Of a stretch of DNA of 35,763 nt, positions 35,064-35,763 are shown piece after piece. Where the stretch lies: positions 1 to 35,763 of the IMG/VR virus record IMGVR_UViG_3300045988_049511. One strand, given 5' to 3'. How positions within the stretch are numbered: position 1 is the first letter of the stretch; each line of letters starts with the position of its first letter. The notes beneath the pieces are model-generated. The model searched no databases, was not told the origin of the DNA, and was given only the letters and a program-made list of their open reading frames with translations. Position numbers and translations under genes: made by a program. The stretch comes from a virus.

Positions 35064-35635
35064 GCCGCTGGGAGACAACCGTGATTGCCTTGGCCGCCAC
35101 CTTCCTCGGAGGGTTGTGGCTGGGGCAATACGTCTCCCGGCCGGAGATCGTCGAGCGGGTGCGGGTCGATACGGTGTTCTACGAGCGGCCAAAGCCGTTC
35201 GCGGTGGCGGAGCGCCCGGTGGCGGTGCATGTGCCGCGGATGCTGTTCGCTCCGGCCGACACGGTGGACCGGGCGGTCGTCGTGGGCGACAGCGTGCAGA
35301 TAACGGTCACGGAGCGCACGCTGGAGTACCGCGACTCAACCTATTACGCCCGGGTGGTCGGGCCGGCCGTGGGGACGCTGGGCCCCCGGCTCGACTACTT
35401 TGAAACCTACAACAAGACGGTCGAGCGGGTGCAGCTCGTCCGTGAACCTTACGCCTGGGAACTGGGGCCCGCGATGGGGACCTGGATGACCAGGGATGGC
35501 AGCGGGATGTGGGCAGGCGCCTACGCCCGGCGAACGTTCGGCCGATTCAGCGTGTCGGCCGCCGCGGGATACGACGCCCGCAACAAAAGCGCCTTCGGCC
35601 AGGTCGAGGCCGGTATGGCGCTGTGGAGGCGGTAA
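35060..35635 (+). CDS. N-terminally anchored envelope protein, spanin-analogue candidate
   Basis: 191 aa. It has an N-terminal TM segment (TVIALAATFLGGLWLGQYV), a Gly/Ala/Tyr/Arg-rich beta-like C-terminus and an ATGA overlap. It is the last gene before the terminator. Confidence 0.6.
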   Translation: MSRWETTVIALAATFLGGLWLGQYVSRPEIVERVRVDTVFYERPKPFAVAERPVAVHVPRMLFAPADTVDRAVVVGDSVQITVTERTLEYRDSTYYARVVGPAVGTLGPRLDYFETYNKTVERVQLVREPYAWELGPAMGTWMTRDGSGMWAGAYARRTFGRFSVSAAAGYDARNKSAFGQVEAGMALWRR

Positions 35636-35763
35636 CGGTTGCATCGTTTAACTAATCATTTCGGCAATCAATCGGTATATTTGCCGAAATATAAAAGAGC
35701 GATATCCAATTTCGGCAATGCTAAAGGCAACATGCTGAAATTCAATAGTCCCGGCAGCTCAAC
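35623..35763. repeat. Right copy of the 141-bp terminal direct repeat (circular closure or terminal redundancy)
   Basis: Identical to 1-141. The last CDS (35060..35635) ends inside it. Confidence 0.97.

Overview
This window is a complete temperate, tailed phage genome. Bases 1-141 are identical to 35623-35763, so the contig closes on itself and the unique length is 35,622 bp. The host is probably a high-GC Bacteroidales member: TAnnTTTG -7 boxes are present, Shine-Dalgarno sites are almost absent, and the tyrosine integrase and a DUF4373-like replication protein are Bacteroidetes-type. This host call is an inference. The layout is as follows. An att-like region with a terminator lies at 14-216. 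A minus-strand lysogeny operon at 217-3553 runs CI-like repressor, membrane J-domain protein, lipoprotein, small membrane protein, integrase. A divergent switch region lies at 3554-3687. Plus-strand early genes follow: Cro-like, LuxR-type HTH and Xis-like HTH. A gene-poor RNA-rich segment at 4725-6514 holds a 470-nt ORF-less GC-rich block, a defective class-II tRNA-like element, tRNA-Gln(UUG) and a promoter-to-terminator sRNA candidate. The recombination, replication and nucleotide-metabolism module contains a RecE-like exonuclease, HNH, replisome organizer, DnaC-like loader, VRR-NUC, PAPS-reductase-like protein, MazG and YopX. A sigma factor is encoded as two overlapping ORFs (15151-15694). 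Packaging, tail and head genes follow in a non-canonical order, and then a lysis cassette. The items most worth follow-up are the repressor-linked J-domain/lipoprotein/membrane cargo, the 470-nt noncoding block next to the tRNAs, the split sigma factor, a U-run -1 frameshift site, a 10-bp x4 tandem repeat inside the exonuclease gene, and an in-frame TAG directly before an HExxH motif in a lysis-cassette gene. All functional calls rest on motif recognition by eye; no searches were run.
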